From assembly GCA_964504585.1 (NCBI GenBank), contig CAZDEW010000003.1, positions 13,960 through 77,959 on the forward strand: a DNA stretch of 64,000 nt, read 5' to 3'. The stretch's first letter is position 1, and each line of letters starts with the position of its first letter. A program made the translations under genes and the position numbers. Below the pieces are notes generated by a model. That model was not told the DNA's origin. It saw only the letters and a list, made by a program, of their open reading frames with translations, and did not search any database. Below, in pieces: positions 35,213-45,077 of this stretch. Origin of the DNA: an uncultured Pseudomonadales bacterium. Lineage in GTDB: Bacteria > Pseudomonadota > Gammaproteobacteria > Pseudomonadales > UBA7434.

Positions 35213-36642
35213 TCAAAGGGTATCAGGTAGCCACGTTACTATCTCTGGCCAAACTGCCATCATTACCAACAGTGCCAGTTGAATAACAATAAATGGCAAC
35301 ACCCCGCGATATATTGTTTGCGTTGCGACGCTGTCTGGCGCAACGCCGCGTAGATAAAACAGGGCGAAACCGAAAGGCGGCGTTAGAAATGACGTTTGCA
35401 GATTCACTGCAATCATAATGCCCAGCCAGATTGGATCAAAGCCCATGACGAGTAGCACGGGCGCAACAATTGGTACGACGACAAAAGTGATCTCTATGAA
35501 ATCGAGAATAAAGCCTAGAAGGAAAATCGCCAACATCACCACCAGTAAAGCGCCGTATTTGCCGCCAGGCATATCGACAAATAAGCTATGCACGAGCTCG
35601 TCTCCACCGTAGCCACGGAAAACGAGCGAAAATACCGTAGCGCCAATCAAGATAAGAAAAACCATCGAGGTTATTTTCAATGAGGAGCGCGTAATATCTT
35701 TGAGTTGACTCCAGTTTAACTGTCGCCGAAAAGCAGCCAGACACAGTGCGCTAAACGCGCCGACACCGGCAGCCTCGGTGGGTGTTGCCGCTCCCGTTAG
35801 AATGGAGCCTAACACCAGTACAATTAACAGCACAGGCGGCAACAGCCCTTTCAGTAAAGGCAGTATTTCAATCGTTGTTTGAGTACGAGTTTGCTGCATG
35901 CTCTCTTTGGAAAATACCGCTATCGATATCAAATAGATCAGATATAGCGAGACTAAAAGTATTCCGGGAACCATGGCACCAATGATACGGTCTTCGGGTT
36001 AAATATACCTTGTGAGATTAAACCCGAAGACCGTATCAGTCGGTGACCTCTTTATTGGTCACCGACTGATACGGTCTTCGGGTTAAATATACCTTGTGAG
36101 ATTTGCGCGCCCTGATAGGCGGTTGAGAGTATGTCACCAAGCAGCACGAGGGCAATCGATGGTGGAATGATCTGGCCCAGAGTGCCAGTGGCTGCGATGG
36201 TTCCGGTTGATAGCGCAGGGCTGTAATTCTGTTTGAGCATCACCGGGAGAGCCATCAGGCCCATGGTAACGACGGTGGCGCCGACGATGCCGGTAGACGC
36301 GGCGAGTAGCGTGCCAACAATAACAACAGAAAATGCAAGACCGCCTCGAATGCCACCGAACACCTTTGCCATGTTTTCCAGAAGCTCTTCGGCGATCTTC
36401 GATTTCTCGAGCGTTACTCCCATCAACACAAAAAGGGGGACTGCGATCAGAGTGACGTTCGTCATAGTCCCATAGATGCGACTCGGTAAGGCGCCGAGCA
36501 GGGCGGGATCAAAGAGGTTGAAAATAGAGCCCATGAAAGCAAACAACAACGATACGCCCGCCAGTGTGAACGCCACTGGATAGCCCGCCAATAAAACAAG
36601 GCATATTGCAGCAAACATGATAAGCGGCAAAAACTCGGCCAT
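35213..36642 (-). pseudogene. dctM: TRAP transporter large permease (DctM/FcbT3-type), interrupted as assembled
   Basis: N-terminal 196 aa (36052..36642) and C-terminal 253 aa (35213..35974) are both DctM-like and collinear. They are separated by a stop and frame change inside a palindrome/duplication at 35983..36103. Confidence 0.8.
35983..36103. repeat. self-derived composite repeat inside dctM: 37-bp direct repeat plus 28-bp-arm perfect palindrome
   Basis: 35983..36019 is identical to 36067..36103. Arms 36021..36048 and 36057..36084 are perfect reverse complements around the loop tctttatt. 35983..36000 is also the reverse complement of 36021..36038. Confidence 0.95.
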
Positions 36643-36645
36643 GTC

Positions 36646-37179
36646 TTATGCCTCGCTAGTGCCGCGCAAGATAGTTTGAACTGCTTTTAGAGCTTCCGCC
36701 AAACCTTGCAGAAAAAGCAGAGAGCAGAAAATCGGTATTAGAGTTTTTAAAATAAACACCCCTGGAATGCCGCCAGCATCAGCGGACGCCTCCATGATGG
36801 TCCAGGATTGAGTGACATAAGGGAGGCTTATCCAGAACAAAAAAATCGCGAACGGAAGAAGAAAAAAGACGCTGCCCAGAAGGTTTATCCACGACTGAAA
36901 TCGAGCGCTGGCATTACGATAGATGATATCGACTCTGACATGGCCGTCTTCGCTGAGGGTGTATGCTGCGCCTAATAGAAAGATAGTCGCGTGTAAGTAG
37001 GTGACCGACTCCTGAAGGGCAATAGACCCCTCGTTGAAACCGTAGCGCAAGACGACGATGACGGTTTCAATAAGGGCCATCAACAGCAGCAACCAGGCGG
37101 TCGATTTTCCGAGTGTGTGTGTCAAGCGCTCAATCTGCCTAATAGACGTGCTTATAATCTGCGCATACTGGAAGTTCAT
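36646..37179 (-). CDS. dctQ: TRAP transporter small permease (DctQ/FcbT2-type)
   Basis: 177-aa 4-TM protein immediately upstream of dctM (4-nt gap). Confidence 0.75.
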   Translation of the reverse strand: MNFQYAQIISTSIRQIERLTHTLGKSTAWLLLLMALIETVIVVLRYGFNEGSIALQESVTYLHATIFLLGAAYTLSEDGHVRVDIIYRNASARFQSWINLLGSVFFLLPFAIFLFWISLPYVTQSWTIMEASADAGGIPGVFILKTLIPIFCSLLFLQGLAEALKAVQTILRGTSEA

Positions 37180-37359
37180 TGTTCATCTTGTTCGGTTTTT
37201 GGCTCAGCGTGACGATTATAGCGTTCAAATCCGCCGCTTATTGGGGGAGGTGCTACACTTTTTTAATACCTTGTTGATATTACCAGCATCGCGAGGGAAG
37301 GTATTTTAGGCAGCATGTATTTGTGCTGGCAAAGAGTAAGGCTACAAAGGGAAGTGTTT

Positions 37360-37590
37360 ATGAAATCGAATCGAATCATCAGTTTAGGCAGAGCGACTAC
37401 CTTGTTGTTGTCGATTGTGCTTTTGCAGGCTTGCGGTGGTGGTATGAATATCTCGGATCAGGAGCTTGTGAAGAAAATGACCGAGTGCAACGCAGAGCCT
37501 AACAAGACGCCGGGTATGGCAGTCTCATGCGGTAACTATATCGAAGAGTGCAAGCGCCGCGGACAGGAAACCGGCAACTACATCTGCTAG
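37360..37590 (+). CDS. small putative lipoprotein, cysteine-rich
   Basis: The internal ATG at 37360 gives MKSNRIISLGRATTLLLSIVLLQAC with a lipobox (LLQAC), followed by 4 further Cys. Confidence 0.45.
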   Translation: MKSNRIISLGRATTLLLSIVLLQACGGGMNISDQELVKKMTECNAEPNKTPGMAVSCGNYIEECKRRGQETGNYIC

Positions 37591-37682
37591 CTTTAAGGGC
37601 GCACTGTCCCCTTTTTGCTTAATTCGGCTTTGACTACGGTGCGTCAAAAGGTGCGTCGAAACCGCTCATTTGCAACAAGTGA

Positions 37683-38996
37683 TTATTTGCAACGTAGCTG
37701 CAAGGCGGCCAAGCGCTGCTGTGCGGCTTGCGTGTGCTCCCCTCGAGCTTTGGCCGCTCTATCGTAATAGACTTTTGCCTGTCGGCAGTTGTTGAAACTC
37801 TCCTCCAATTCACCCAGGCTAAAATAGGCGAGCTGAGAAGGCGCGAGCTCTGCGCTAGCCAGCAGATCCTCTTTGGCACGAGTGTTCGACTGCAAACGCT
37901 TGTTGAGCAATCCGCGTCTGAGAAGCGGTGAATAATAGTTTCCGTTGAGCTGAACCGATTTATCGTAGGCTGTTAGCGCGTCCTTACTGCGGTTGAGGTT
38001 TTCTAGCGCAATACCCTTTGTCTCGTAAAACGATGCCTCCGCAGGTTCTAGCTTTATTGCGGATTCTGCTAGCGCAAGCGCGGTCTTATAATCTTTCTGG
38101 CTGAGCGCAGACCTCGCCTTGTCACCCTTTTCATAAGCTGGCTGCCGCTGTCTGAGTTTAGAGGTTTGCAGTCGATACGCCGATTCGCCCAGCACACCAC
38201 CCCCCGGGTATGACCAGGCAAGCTGTTCATTGGCTCTGACGCGCTCAATCGATGGCGGGTGAGATTGGAAATATCGCGCAAAACCCGCCTGGCGCCCACC
38301 AGATAAGGCGACAAAAGTCTGCTGCAGAGTTACCGCAGCTTGCGGGTCGTAACCGGCAGCGACCATATAGCGGATACCGTATTCATCGGCCTCCAGTTCC
38401 TTGCTTCGGCTGTAAGTCGCTTGCCCGGCTGCGCCGAGACCGCCAATGGCCAATTGGCCAACCTGTTGTCCGACGCTGCTGGGAACATTGGATTGCAGGA
38501 TAATGTCTGCGCCGACCTGCAAAAGAGAAATCCCCTGCCCCAGGCTCACTGATTGCGCCGAGTGAGCGGCGTCCGCATGGACGATTTCGTGTGCGAGTAC
38601 GGCGGCTAGCTCTGCCTCGTTTTTCAAGACGTTTAAAAGGCCGCGATTGATTGCGATCTTGCCGCCTGGAAGCGCCCACGCATTGGGGGTGGAGTCGTTA
38701 AGCACAACGAACTCATAGGGCAAGTGCGAGCGCGTGCTGTATTTCGCAAGCTTCCTACCGATTGTTGCGACATAGGCGCTTAGATCGGGATCTATTACAT
38801 ATTGCCCACCCGCCGCTTGCTGCTGGAATCCAAAGGCCTGCTCGCCCAGCTGAACTTCCTGAGCTTCGGTCATGAGGTTGAGCTCCCGCTTGCCGGTGAC
38901 GGGATTTATGGTGCAGCTTACGAGTACTATCGCAAGCAGCGCGCTGAATAGCGATCGGCGTATCTTGCCTTGTCTGAGCATAAGTCTTTGTATCAT
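37683..38996 (-). CDS. M48-family zinc metallopeptidase with C-terminal TPR repeats (BepA/YfgC-like), probable lipoprotein
   Basis: HEIVH zinc motif and TPR-like C-terminal half. ATG at 38996 gives the signal RRSLFSALLAIVLVSC. The longer ORF reaches 39107. Confidence 0.7.
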   Translation of the reverse strand: MIQRLMLRQGKIRRSLFSALLAIVLVSCTINPVTGKRELNLMTEAQEVQLGEQAFGFQQQAAGGQYVIDPDLSAYVATIGRKLAKYSTRSHLPYEFVVLNDSTPNAWALPGGKIAINRGLLNVLKNEAELAAVLAHEIVHADAAHSAQSVSLGQGISLLQVGADIILQSNVPSSVGQQVGQLAIGGLGAAGQATYSRSKELEADEYGIRYMVAAGYDPQAAVTLQQTFVALSGGRQAGFARYFQSHPPSIERVRANEQLAWSYPGGGVLGESAYRLQTSKLRQRQPAYEKGDKARSALSQKDYKTALALAESAIKLEPAEASFYETKGIALENLNRSKDALTAYDKSVQLNGNYYSPLLRRGLLNKRLQSNTRAKEDLLASAELAPSQLAYFSLGELEESFNNCRQAKVYYDRAAKARGEHTQAAQQRLAALQLRCK

Positions 38997-39185
38997 TTGG
39001 TACTGGAGGATCTCGGCAGAGGGCTTTCGGCGGCTATTCGCCACGGGGAGCTCCATCATTTCAGCCGCGTTCTGACACTGCAATTCTAATGCTTTACAGC
39101 CCGCCAATAACTACAATTTACCAATTTTTTACGGTGCACAAACTTTGTATACTTGGGCGAATCAAAGCCGAACAGTGTGTTGCCC

Positions 39186-39959
39186 ATGTTAGTTGTGATT
39201 TCCCCTGCCAAAACGCTCGACCTTGAAACTGAAGCCCCTACTTCTGTCTCGACCAAGCCAGCCTTTATCAAGGAAGCTGGCCAGCTGATGGAGCAATTGA
39301 GACAGCAGTCTCCAGATGAGCTCTCTTCCTTGATGGGCATCAGCCAAAAACTGGGCGAATTGAACTATCAGCGCAACCAGAACTGGGCGACACCTTTCAA
39401 TTTAAAAAACGCTAAACAGGCTATTTATACATTCCACGGTGACGTCTACGCGGGATTCGATGCTACCAGCCTGACCGAGAAACAGATGCAGTTCGCGCAG
39501 GAGCGCTTAAGAATATTAAGCGGCCTCTATGGCTTGCTGAGGCCGCTCGATTTGATGCAGGCCTACAGGCTGGAGATGGGCACCAAGTTTGCAAACGATA
39601 AGGGAGACAATCTCTACCAGTTTTGGGGTGACAAATTGGCCCGGGCTCTGAATCGTCAGGCTAGTGCGGTGAAAACAGATACGCTTATCAACCTCGCATC
39701 CAACGAGTATTTTGGATCTTTGCCAGAGGCCGAGTTAAAACTCAAGATCGTAACCCCCGTGTTCAAAGATATGAAAAATGGACGCTACAAGATCATCAGC
39801 TTTTTCGCCAAAAAAGCCAGAGGCAGGATGGCGGCATATATTATGAGGAAAGGACTAAAGAGGCCGGATTCGTTAAAGCGTTATCACGAAGACGGCTACC
39901 GTTTCGATGCAGAGAGCTCAACGGCTACCGAGTGGGTGTTTTTAAGGGATTCCGTTTAA
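39186..39959 (+). CDS. yaaA: peroxide stress protein YaaA (UPF0246)
   Basis: MLVVISPAKTLD... is the canonical YaaA N-terminus from ATG at 39186. Confidence 0.85.
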   Translation: MLVVISPAKTLDLETEAPTSVSTKPAFIKEAGQLMEQLRQQSPDELSSLMGISQKLGELNYQRNQNWATPFNLKNAKQAIYTFHGDVYAGFDATSLTEKQMQFAQERLRILSGLYGLLRPLDLMQAYRLEMGTKFANDKGDNLYQFWGDKLARALNRQASAVKTDTLINLASNEYFGSLPEAELKLKIVTPVFKDMKNGRYKIISFFAKKARGRMAAYIMRKGLKRPDSLKRYHEDGYRFDAESSTATEWVFLRDSV

Positions 39960-39963
39960 GGCA

Positions 39964-40554
39964 ATGAAATCTGTCGGTGTAAATGACTTTAGTTTAGGTA
40001 GCGAAGGCCTGAAGGGGCATCTGCTTATAGCGACGCCTTCTCTGGATCGGGGTATTTTCAAATCGAGCGTCACCTATATTTGCGAACACAATAGTGATGG
40101 TGCTATGGGGGTAATTATTAACCGACCCTCATCGTTAACTTTCAGTGAAATACTCGATGAATTTCAGTCTGCAGAAGAAAGTGCGCTAGGCTCGTCACCC
40201 GTTCTTCTAGGTGGGCCTGTAGGTATGCAGCGAGGCTTTGTGTTGCATCAGGGCGGAGAGAGGGAGTGGGAATCGAGTATGCCCATAGAGAGTGAGATTT
40301 ACCTGACGGGTTCCAAAGATATTTTGCGAGCGCTGGCAAGGCACGAGGGCCCGGACGACTATCTTTTAACTCTCGGTTACGCCGGCTGGAGCGGTGGACA
40401 GCTGGAACAGGAGCTGATCGATAACAGCTGGTTAACGGTACCAGCTAATGCGCAGATACTCTTCGATGTGCCCTACGAAAAACGCTTCGCTTTCGCCCTG
40501 GAGATGCTGGGTATTAGCGAGGCATCTCTATCCTCAGCGGGCGGCAGCGCCTAA
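39964..40554 (+). CDS. yqgE: YqgE/AlgH family protein (UPF0301)
   Basis: GHLLIATPSLDRGIFKSSVTYICEHNSDGAMGVIINRP. yqgE-ruvX pairing. Confidence 0.85.
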   Translation: MKSVGVNDFSLGSEGLKGHLLIATPSLDRGIFKSSVTYICEHNSDGAMGVIINRPSSLTFSEILDEFQSAEESALGSSPVLLGGPVGMQRGFVLHQGGEREWESSMPIESEIYLTGSKDILRALARHEGPDDYLLTLGYAGWSGGQLEQELIDNSWLTVPANAQILFDVPYEKRFAFALEMLGISEASLSSAGGSA

Positions 40555-40580
40555 TAAGCCCTCAGCCCGTCGATTCTTTG

Positions 40581-41027
40581 ATGAGTGAAAAATCAGGCGT
40601 CATCCTGGGGTTTGACTTTGGTCTGAGTCAGATTGGTGTTGCAACTGCGCAAACCATTACTGGCACAGCGAGTGCGTTGAAAATCCTGAAGGCCAAAACG
40701 GGTGCTCCTGACTGGAGCGAGATCGAGGTTCTGCTTGCTGAGTGGAGGCCTTCGTTACTGGTGGTCGGGCTGCCATTGAATATGGATGGCAGTGAGAGTG
40801 ATATGTCCAGGCGCGCAAGAAAGTTTGCGGGCAGGCTTCATGGCCGGTTTGGATTGAAAGTAGAGTTAATGGATGAGCGCTTGAGTTCCTTCGACGTTAA
40901 GCAATCAATAATAGAGTCGAAAATTTCTGGCACATCTGGCGCTAAAAAAATGCCTCTCGACAAAGTTGATTCAGAGGTGGCGGCATTAATTCTACAAAGC
41001 TGGCTGGAGAATCAAGCCAGAACATAG
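40581..41027 (+). CDS. ruvX: Holliday junction resolvase-like / pre-16S rRNA nuclease RuvX (YqgF)
   Basis: ILGFDFGLSQIGVA...LLVVGLPLNMDGSE. Confidence 0.88.
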   Translation: MSEKSGVILGFDFGLSQIGVATAQTITGTASALKILKAKTGAPDWSEIEVLLAEWRPSLLVVGLPLNMDGSESDMSRRARKFAGRLHGRFGLKVELMDERLSSFDVKQSIIESKISGTSGAKKMPLDKVDSEVAALILQSWLENQART

Positions 41028-41036
41028 TCTGCGCTT

Positions 41037-42182
41037 TTAACGAAACATGTTGTGACGCTGTTGGTCCGGATCTTCCTGAAGTCTCAGGCCTGGAGGTGGT
41101 TCCTGCATGGCCGTTCCGTCGTCTTTGGCGAGTTTTATTAAGAGCCTTAAATCGTTGGCCGAATCGGCATGTGCAAGCGCGTCTTCGTAGGTAATCTCTC
41201 CGCGCGAGTACAAGTCGAAAAGAGCCTGATCAAAGGTTTGCATGCCATGTTCCTTGGAGCGTTTCATGAGCTCTTTAAGCTTTTGCACTTCGCCTTTGCG
41301 GATCAGATCGGAAGCGAGAGGTGTATTGAGAAGCACCTCGATTACGGCTCGCCGGCCGGAGCCGTCGGGCGTTGGAACAAGCTGTTGTGCAACCATGGCT
41401 TTTAGGTTGAGCGACAGATCCATCCACAGTTGACCGTGGCTCTCTGGCGGAAAGAAGTGCAATACCCGATCGAGCGCCTGGTTAGCGTTGTTAGCGTGCA
41501 ATGTGCAGAGGCAAAGGTGACCGGTTTCCGCAAATGATATGGCGTGTTCCATAGTCTCTCGCGTCCTCACCTCGCCAATCATTATGACATCCGGTGCCTG
41601 CCGCAAGGTATTTTTCAATGCGACTTCAAAGCTTTCGGTATCGATACCGACTTCGCGCTGAGTTATTAGACAGCCCTTGTGCTGGTGGATGAATTCAATC
41701 GGATCCTCGATACTAATGATGTGTCCGCGACTGTTCTCATTGCGGTGACCAATCATCGAGGCCAGTGAAGTTGATTTACCGGTACCGGTTGCGCCCACAA
41801 AAATAATCAGGCCTCGCTTGGTCATTGCCAGATCTTTGATGACGTCGGGCAGACCCAGACTATCGACGGATGGGATCCGCGTCTCTATACGCCTTAAAAC
41901 CATACCGGCCAAATTGCGCTGATAGAAAGCACTGGCTCGAAAGCGCCCAACTCCCCTCGCGCTCACCGCGAAATTGAGTTCTTTCTGTTGTGCAAACTCG
42001 TTGCGCTGATCCTGATTCATGGTACTAAGAACCAGTTCACGCGTTGCTTCCGGGGACAGGGGCTGGTTGGCAACCGGAGTCATCTTGCCGTGCAGCTTCA
42101 TGCTTGGTGGCACGCCAGCGGTGATGAATAAGTCAGAGGCCCCCTTTTCGACCATGGTCTTAAGTAGGCTATGCATTTCCAC
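41037..42182 (-). CDS. pilU: type IV pilus retraction ATPase PilU
   Basis: 381 aa, PilT-family ATPase (GATGTGKSTS), second gene after pilT. Confidence 0.85.
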   Translation of the reverse strand: MEMHSLLKTMVEKGASDLFITAGVPPSMKLHGKMTPVANQPLSPEATRELVLSTMNQDQRNEFAQQKELNFAVSARGVGRFRASAFYQRNLAGMVLRRIETRIPSVDSLGLPDVIKDLAMTKRGLIIFVGATGTGKSTSLASMIGHRNENSRGHIISIEDPIEFIHQHKGCLITQREVGIDTESFEVALKNTLRQAPDVIMIGEVRTRETMEHAISFAETGHLCLCTLHANNANQALDRVLHFFPPESHGQLWMDLSLNLKAMVAQQLVPTPDGSGRRAVIEVLLNTPLASDLIRKGEVQKLKELMKRSKEHGMQTFDQALFDLYSRGEITYEDALAHADSANDLRLLIKLAKDDGTAMQEPPPGLRLQEDPDQQRHNMFR

Positions 42183-42236
42183 GACGTGTTTACTCCGGAG
42201 GGTTCAGTATAGGGTTAGTGAATCAAGCGTGATCAG

Positions 42237-43271
42237 CTAGAAGTTCTCAGGCATTTTGGCTTTTTCTTTCGCCGCATTACGTGAGATCTGTCGCGAGGAG
42301 ACGAGTCGCTCCAGGCATTGATCCATGGTTTGCATTCCCTGCCCTGCACCTGTTTGTATCGCTGAGTACATCTGTGCAACCTTGTCTTCGCGAATCAGAT
42401 TTCTGATTGCCGACGTTCCAATCATGATTTCGTGCGCGGCGACGCGACCGCCGTTCTGCTTTTTAATTAGCGTTTGCGAGATAACTGCCTGTAAACTTTC
42501 AGAGAGCATCGATCTGACCATAGCTTTCTCTGCGGCAGGAAACACGTCTACTACCCGGTCTATGGTTTTTGCAGCGGATGTGGTGTGAAGCGTGCCGAAA
42601 ACCAGGTGACCCGTTTCTGCAGCAGTCAGCGCAAGCCGGATAGTTTCCAGATCTCGCATCTCGCCGACCAGAATAATATCCGGGTCTTCACGTAGCGCAG
42701 ACCGCAAAGCGTTGTTGAAGCTGAGTGTGTCTCGGCTGACCTCCCGTTGGTTGACCAAACACTTCTTGCTCTCATGCACAAATTCGATCGGGTCTTCGAT
42801 CGTGAGTATGTGGTCATAGCGGTTCTCGTTAATGTAATCGATCATCGCCGCGAGAGTTGTCGACTTACCCGAGCCTGTAGGCCCGGTCACCAGTACCAGC
42901 CCGCGTGGCACGGAAGAGATATCTCTAAACGTTTGCCCCATGCCCAGATCTTCCATCGTAAGAACTTTCGATGGGATGGTCCGGAATACAGCGCCCGGTC
43001 CTCGGTTCTGGATGAATACGTTGACACGGAAGCGCGCGACACCAGGTACCTCAAATGAAAAGTCAGCTTCGAGATTCTCTTCAAAATCCCTGCGCTGAAA
43101 GTCGTTCATAATTTCGTAAACCAGCGCGTGCACTTCTTTACTTTCGAGCGCAGGTAGGTTGATTCGGCGAACTTCGCCATCTACTCGAATCATCGGCGGC
43201 AGGCCTGCTGACAGGTGCAAATCCGATGCGTTCTGTTTGGCGCTAAATGCGAGGAGCTCGGTAATATCCAT
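42237..43271 (-). CDS. pilT: type IV pilus twitching motility ATPase PilT
   Basis: 344 aa. MDITELLAFSAKQNASDLHLSAGLPPMIRVDGE, GPTGSGKSTT, and a C-terminal AIRNLIRE motif. Confidence 0.92.
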   Translation of the reverse strand: MDITELLAFSAKQNASDLHLSAGLPPMIRVDGEVRRINLPALESKEVHALVYEIMNDFQRRDFEENLEADFSFEVPGVARFRVNVFIQNRGPGAVFRTIPSKVLTMEDLGMGQTFRDISSVPRGLVLVTGPTGSGKSTTLAAMIDYINENRYDHILTIEDPIEFVHESKKCLVNQREVSRDTLSFNNALRSALREDPDIILVGEMRDLETIRLALTAAETGHLVFGTLHTTSAAKTIDRVVDVFPAAEKAMVRSMLSESLQAVISQTLIKKQNGGRVAAHEIMIGTSAIRNLIREDKVAQMYSAIQTGAGQGMQTMDQCLERLVSSRQISRNAAKEKAKMPENF

Positions 43272-43433
43272 AGTGATAAACTTTAGTTCGTGAGGTAGCG
43301 AAAGCGATTATTGCCCGACAGGCGCACTAAGCCTAATACCAGCGGCTACCTGCTGCAATCACTGCCTGATCAGCGAGGCGACCACCTGATACTGCTTTGC
43401 CTCGTTTAGTTCTTTGTTTAAGGTACTTATTTA

Positions 43434-44141
43434 ATGATAGACATTGGCGATCGCATTGCCGAAATTGGGAATAAAATTAGGCATGTAGCGTCCCAAAATG
43501 AGACGCAGTATGCGCTCCCGAGGCTGGTTGCGGTGAGCAAAAAACAATCGATCGAAAGTGTGCTAGCAGCGGTTTCTGCGGGGCAGCTCGCATTTGGAGA
43601 GAACTACCTGCAGGATGCCTTGCCCAAAATAGCGTCTGTGTCAGACCCAACTATCGAATGGCATTTCATCGGCCCTGTGCAGAGCAACAAGTGCCGCGAT
43701 CTGGTCAAGTATTTTGACTGGGTGCATAGCGTTGATCGGCTCAAGATTGCTGCGCGCCTGGATCAGCTCAGCCAGTCGTCTCGCGACCCTAGCAAACCGC
43801 CTCTTAAAGTACTGTTGCAGGTCAATATTGACGGGGATGACGCCAAATCCGGCGTTTCGCCGGAGGAGTTAGAGGCGCTGGTTAGCGCGGTGGACGAATT
43901 GCCAAATCTACAGCTTAGAGGTTTGATGACTATTCTGCGCGCTGGTACAGATGCCGAACAGCGTCGTAGTAGCTTCCGACTTCTTCGAGAACTACGCGAT
44001 AAGATCAGGCAGCGCCTGAGATCTCCAGAGCAGTTTAATGAGCTCTCAATGGGTATGTCGGGAGACTGGCAGCAGGCGGTTGCCGAGGGGGCGACAATGT
44101 TAAGAGTTGGCACTGCAATTTTTGGCGAGCGCAAGGGATAA
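43434..44141 (+). CDS. yggS: YggS-family pyridoxal-phosphate homeostasis protein
   Basis: LVAVSKKQ...FGENYLQ...WHFIGPVQSNK...ELSMGMSGD. Confidence 0.88.
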   Translation: MIDIGDRIAEIGNKIRHVASQNETQYALPRLVAVSKKQSIESVLAAVSAGQLAFGENYLQDALPKIASVSDPTIEWHFIGPVQSNKCRDLVKYFDWVHSVDRLKIAARLDQLSQSSRDPSKPPLKVLLQVNIDGDDAKSGVSPEELEALVSAVDELPNLQLRGLMTILRAGTDAEQRRSSFRLLRELRDKIRQRLRSPEQFNELSMGMSGDWQQAVAEGATMLRVGTAIFGERKG

Positions 44142-44174
44142 TATCGATCTTTACTTCTAACAAGGGGCAAGTTT

Positions 44175-45017
44175 TTGTCTACAAAATACACTGAGCTGAA
44201 TGATCTAACGATAGGCTTTGTTGGTGCGGGTAATATGGCCCAGGCTTTGATTAGTGGGATTCTGGCAAAGGGACTCAGCCCGGACAGAATCCTCGCGAGC
44301 GATCCTAGCCAGAGCTGTCGTGACACGCTGGCTGCTATGGGTGTTCGCGTTACCGAGGTCAACCGCGAGGTCGTCAGCCAGAGTGATATTGTCATACTCG
44401 CCGTAAAGCCCCAGCTAATGCGCCAAATCGCGGAGCCTCTCGCCGGATCGCTGAATGACCAGCACCAACCTCTGATCGTTTCAATTGCGGCGGGCATCAG
44501 CAGCGCGATGCTGGCAAGCTGGCTCGAAGGCGACTATCCAATAGTACGCTGCATGCCTAATACACCCGCCCTACTTCAGGCTGGCGCAGCCGGCCTCTAC
44601 GCTACAGAGGCGGTTAGTGATGAACAGAGGGCGGTTAGCGGCAGGCTTTTGTCTGCGGTTGGTGAAGTTGTCTGGCTCGAAAGCGAAGCCGAAATAGACG
44701 CGGTGACGGCCCTGTCTGGCAGTGGCCCCGCATACTTCTTTTTTATGCTCGAGGCGATGATTAGCAAGGCGGTGGAATTGGGTCTGCGCGAAGACAAAGC
44801 TCGCTTACTTGCTCAGCAGACTGCGTTGGGAGCAGCTAAAATGACAATAGAGAGTGATGATGCCATCGAAAGCCTCAGAGCAAGAGTCACCTCACCGAAC
44901 GGTACTACCCATGCCGCGATTAGCAGCTTTGAACACAATCGCTTTGCCGCAGTTATCGCTGAAGCGATGCAAGCTGCCTATGATCGATCCATCGAGATGG
45001 AAAATGAGTTGGCATAA
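44175..45017 (+). CDS. proC: pyrroline-5-carboxylate reductase
   Basis: IGFVGAGNMAQALISG...RCMPNTPA...SGSGPAYFF...VTSPNGTT. Confidence 0.92.
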   Translation: MSTKYTELNDLTIGFVGAGNMAQALISGILAKGLSPDRILASDPSQSCRDTLAAMGVRVTEVNREVVSQSDIVILAVKPQLMRQIAEPLAGSLNDQHQPLIVSIAAGISSAMLASWLEGDYPIVRCMPNTPALLQAGAAGLYATEAVSDEQRAVSGRLLSAVGEVVWLESEAEIDAVTALSGSGPAYFFFMLEAMISKAVELGLREDKARLLAQQTALGAAKMTIESDDAIESLRARVTSPNGTTHAAISSFEHNRFAAVIAEAMQAAYDRSIEMENELA

Positions 45018-45077
45018 GGCCATGTTGCGGGCCAGCGCTTTGATTGGCTAACTTAAACCAGATACCACTGAAGCTAA

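Noticed and set aside
35983-36103. MITE/IS insertion, or a programmed invertible switch, as the explanation for the dctM interruption.
   Set aside because: Every segment of the insert is a direct or inverted copy of adjacent dctM coding sequence. There is no foreign DNA, no transposase and no target-site-duplication logic. No single inversion between the repeats restores the reading frame.
43763-44497. Long antisense ORFs: 43763..44497, 24784..25332, 30140..30651, 3926..4357, 4581..4985, 7396..7797, 28130..28531, 54939..55750, 57042..57611, 58838..59296, 60029..60517 and similar.
   Set aside because: Each is fully overlapped on the opposite strand or in another frame by a gene with unmistakable conserved motifs. 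Their translations are Ser/Arg/Ala/Pro-rich shadow-ORF sequences with no family signal.
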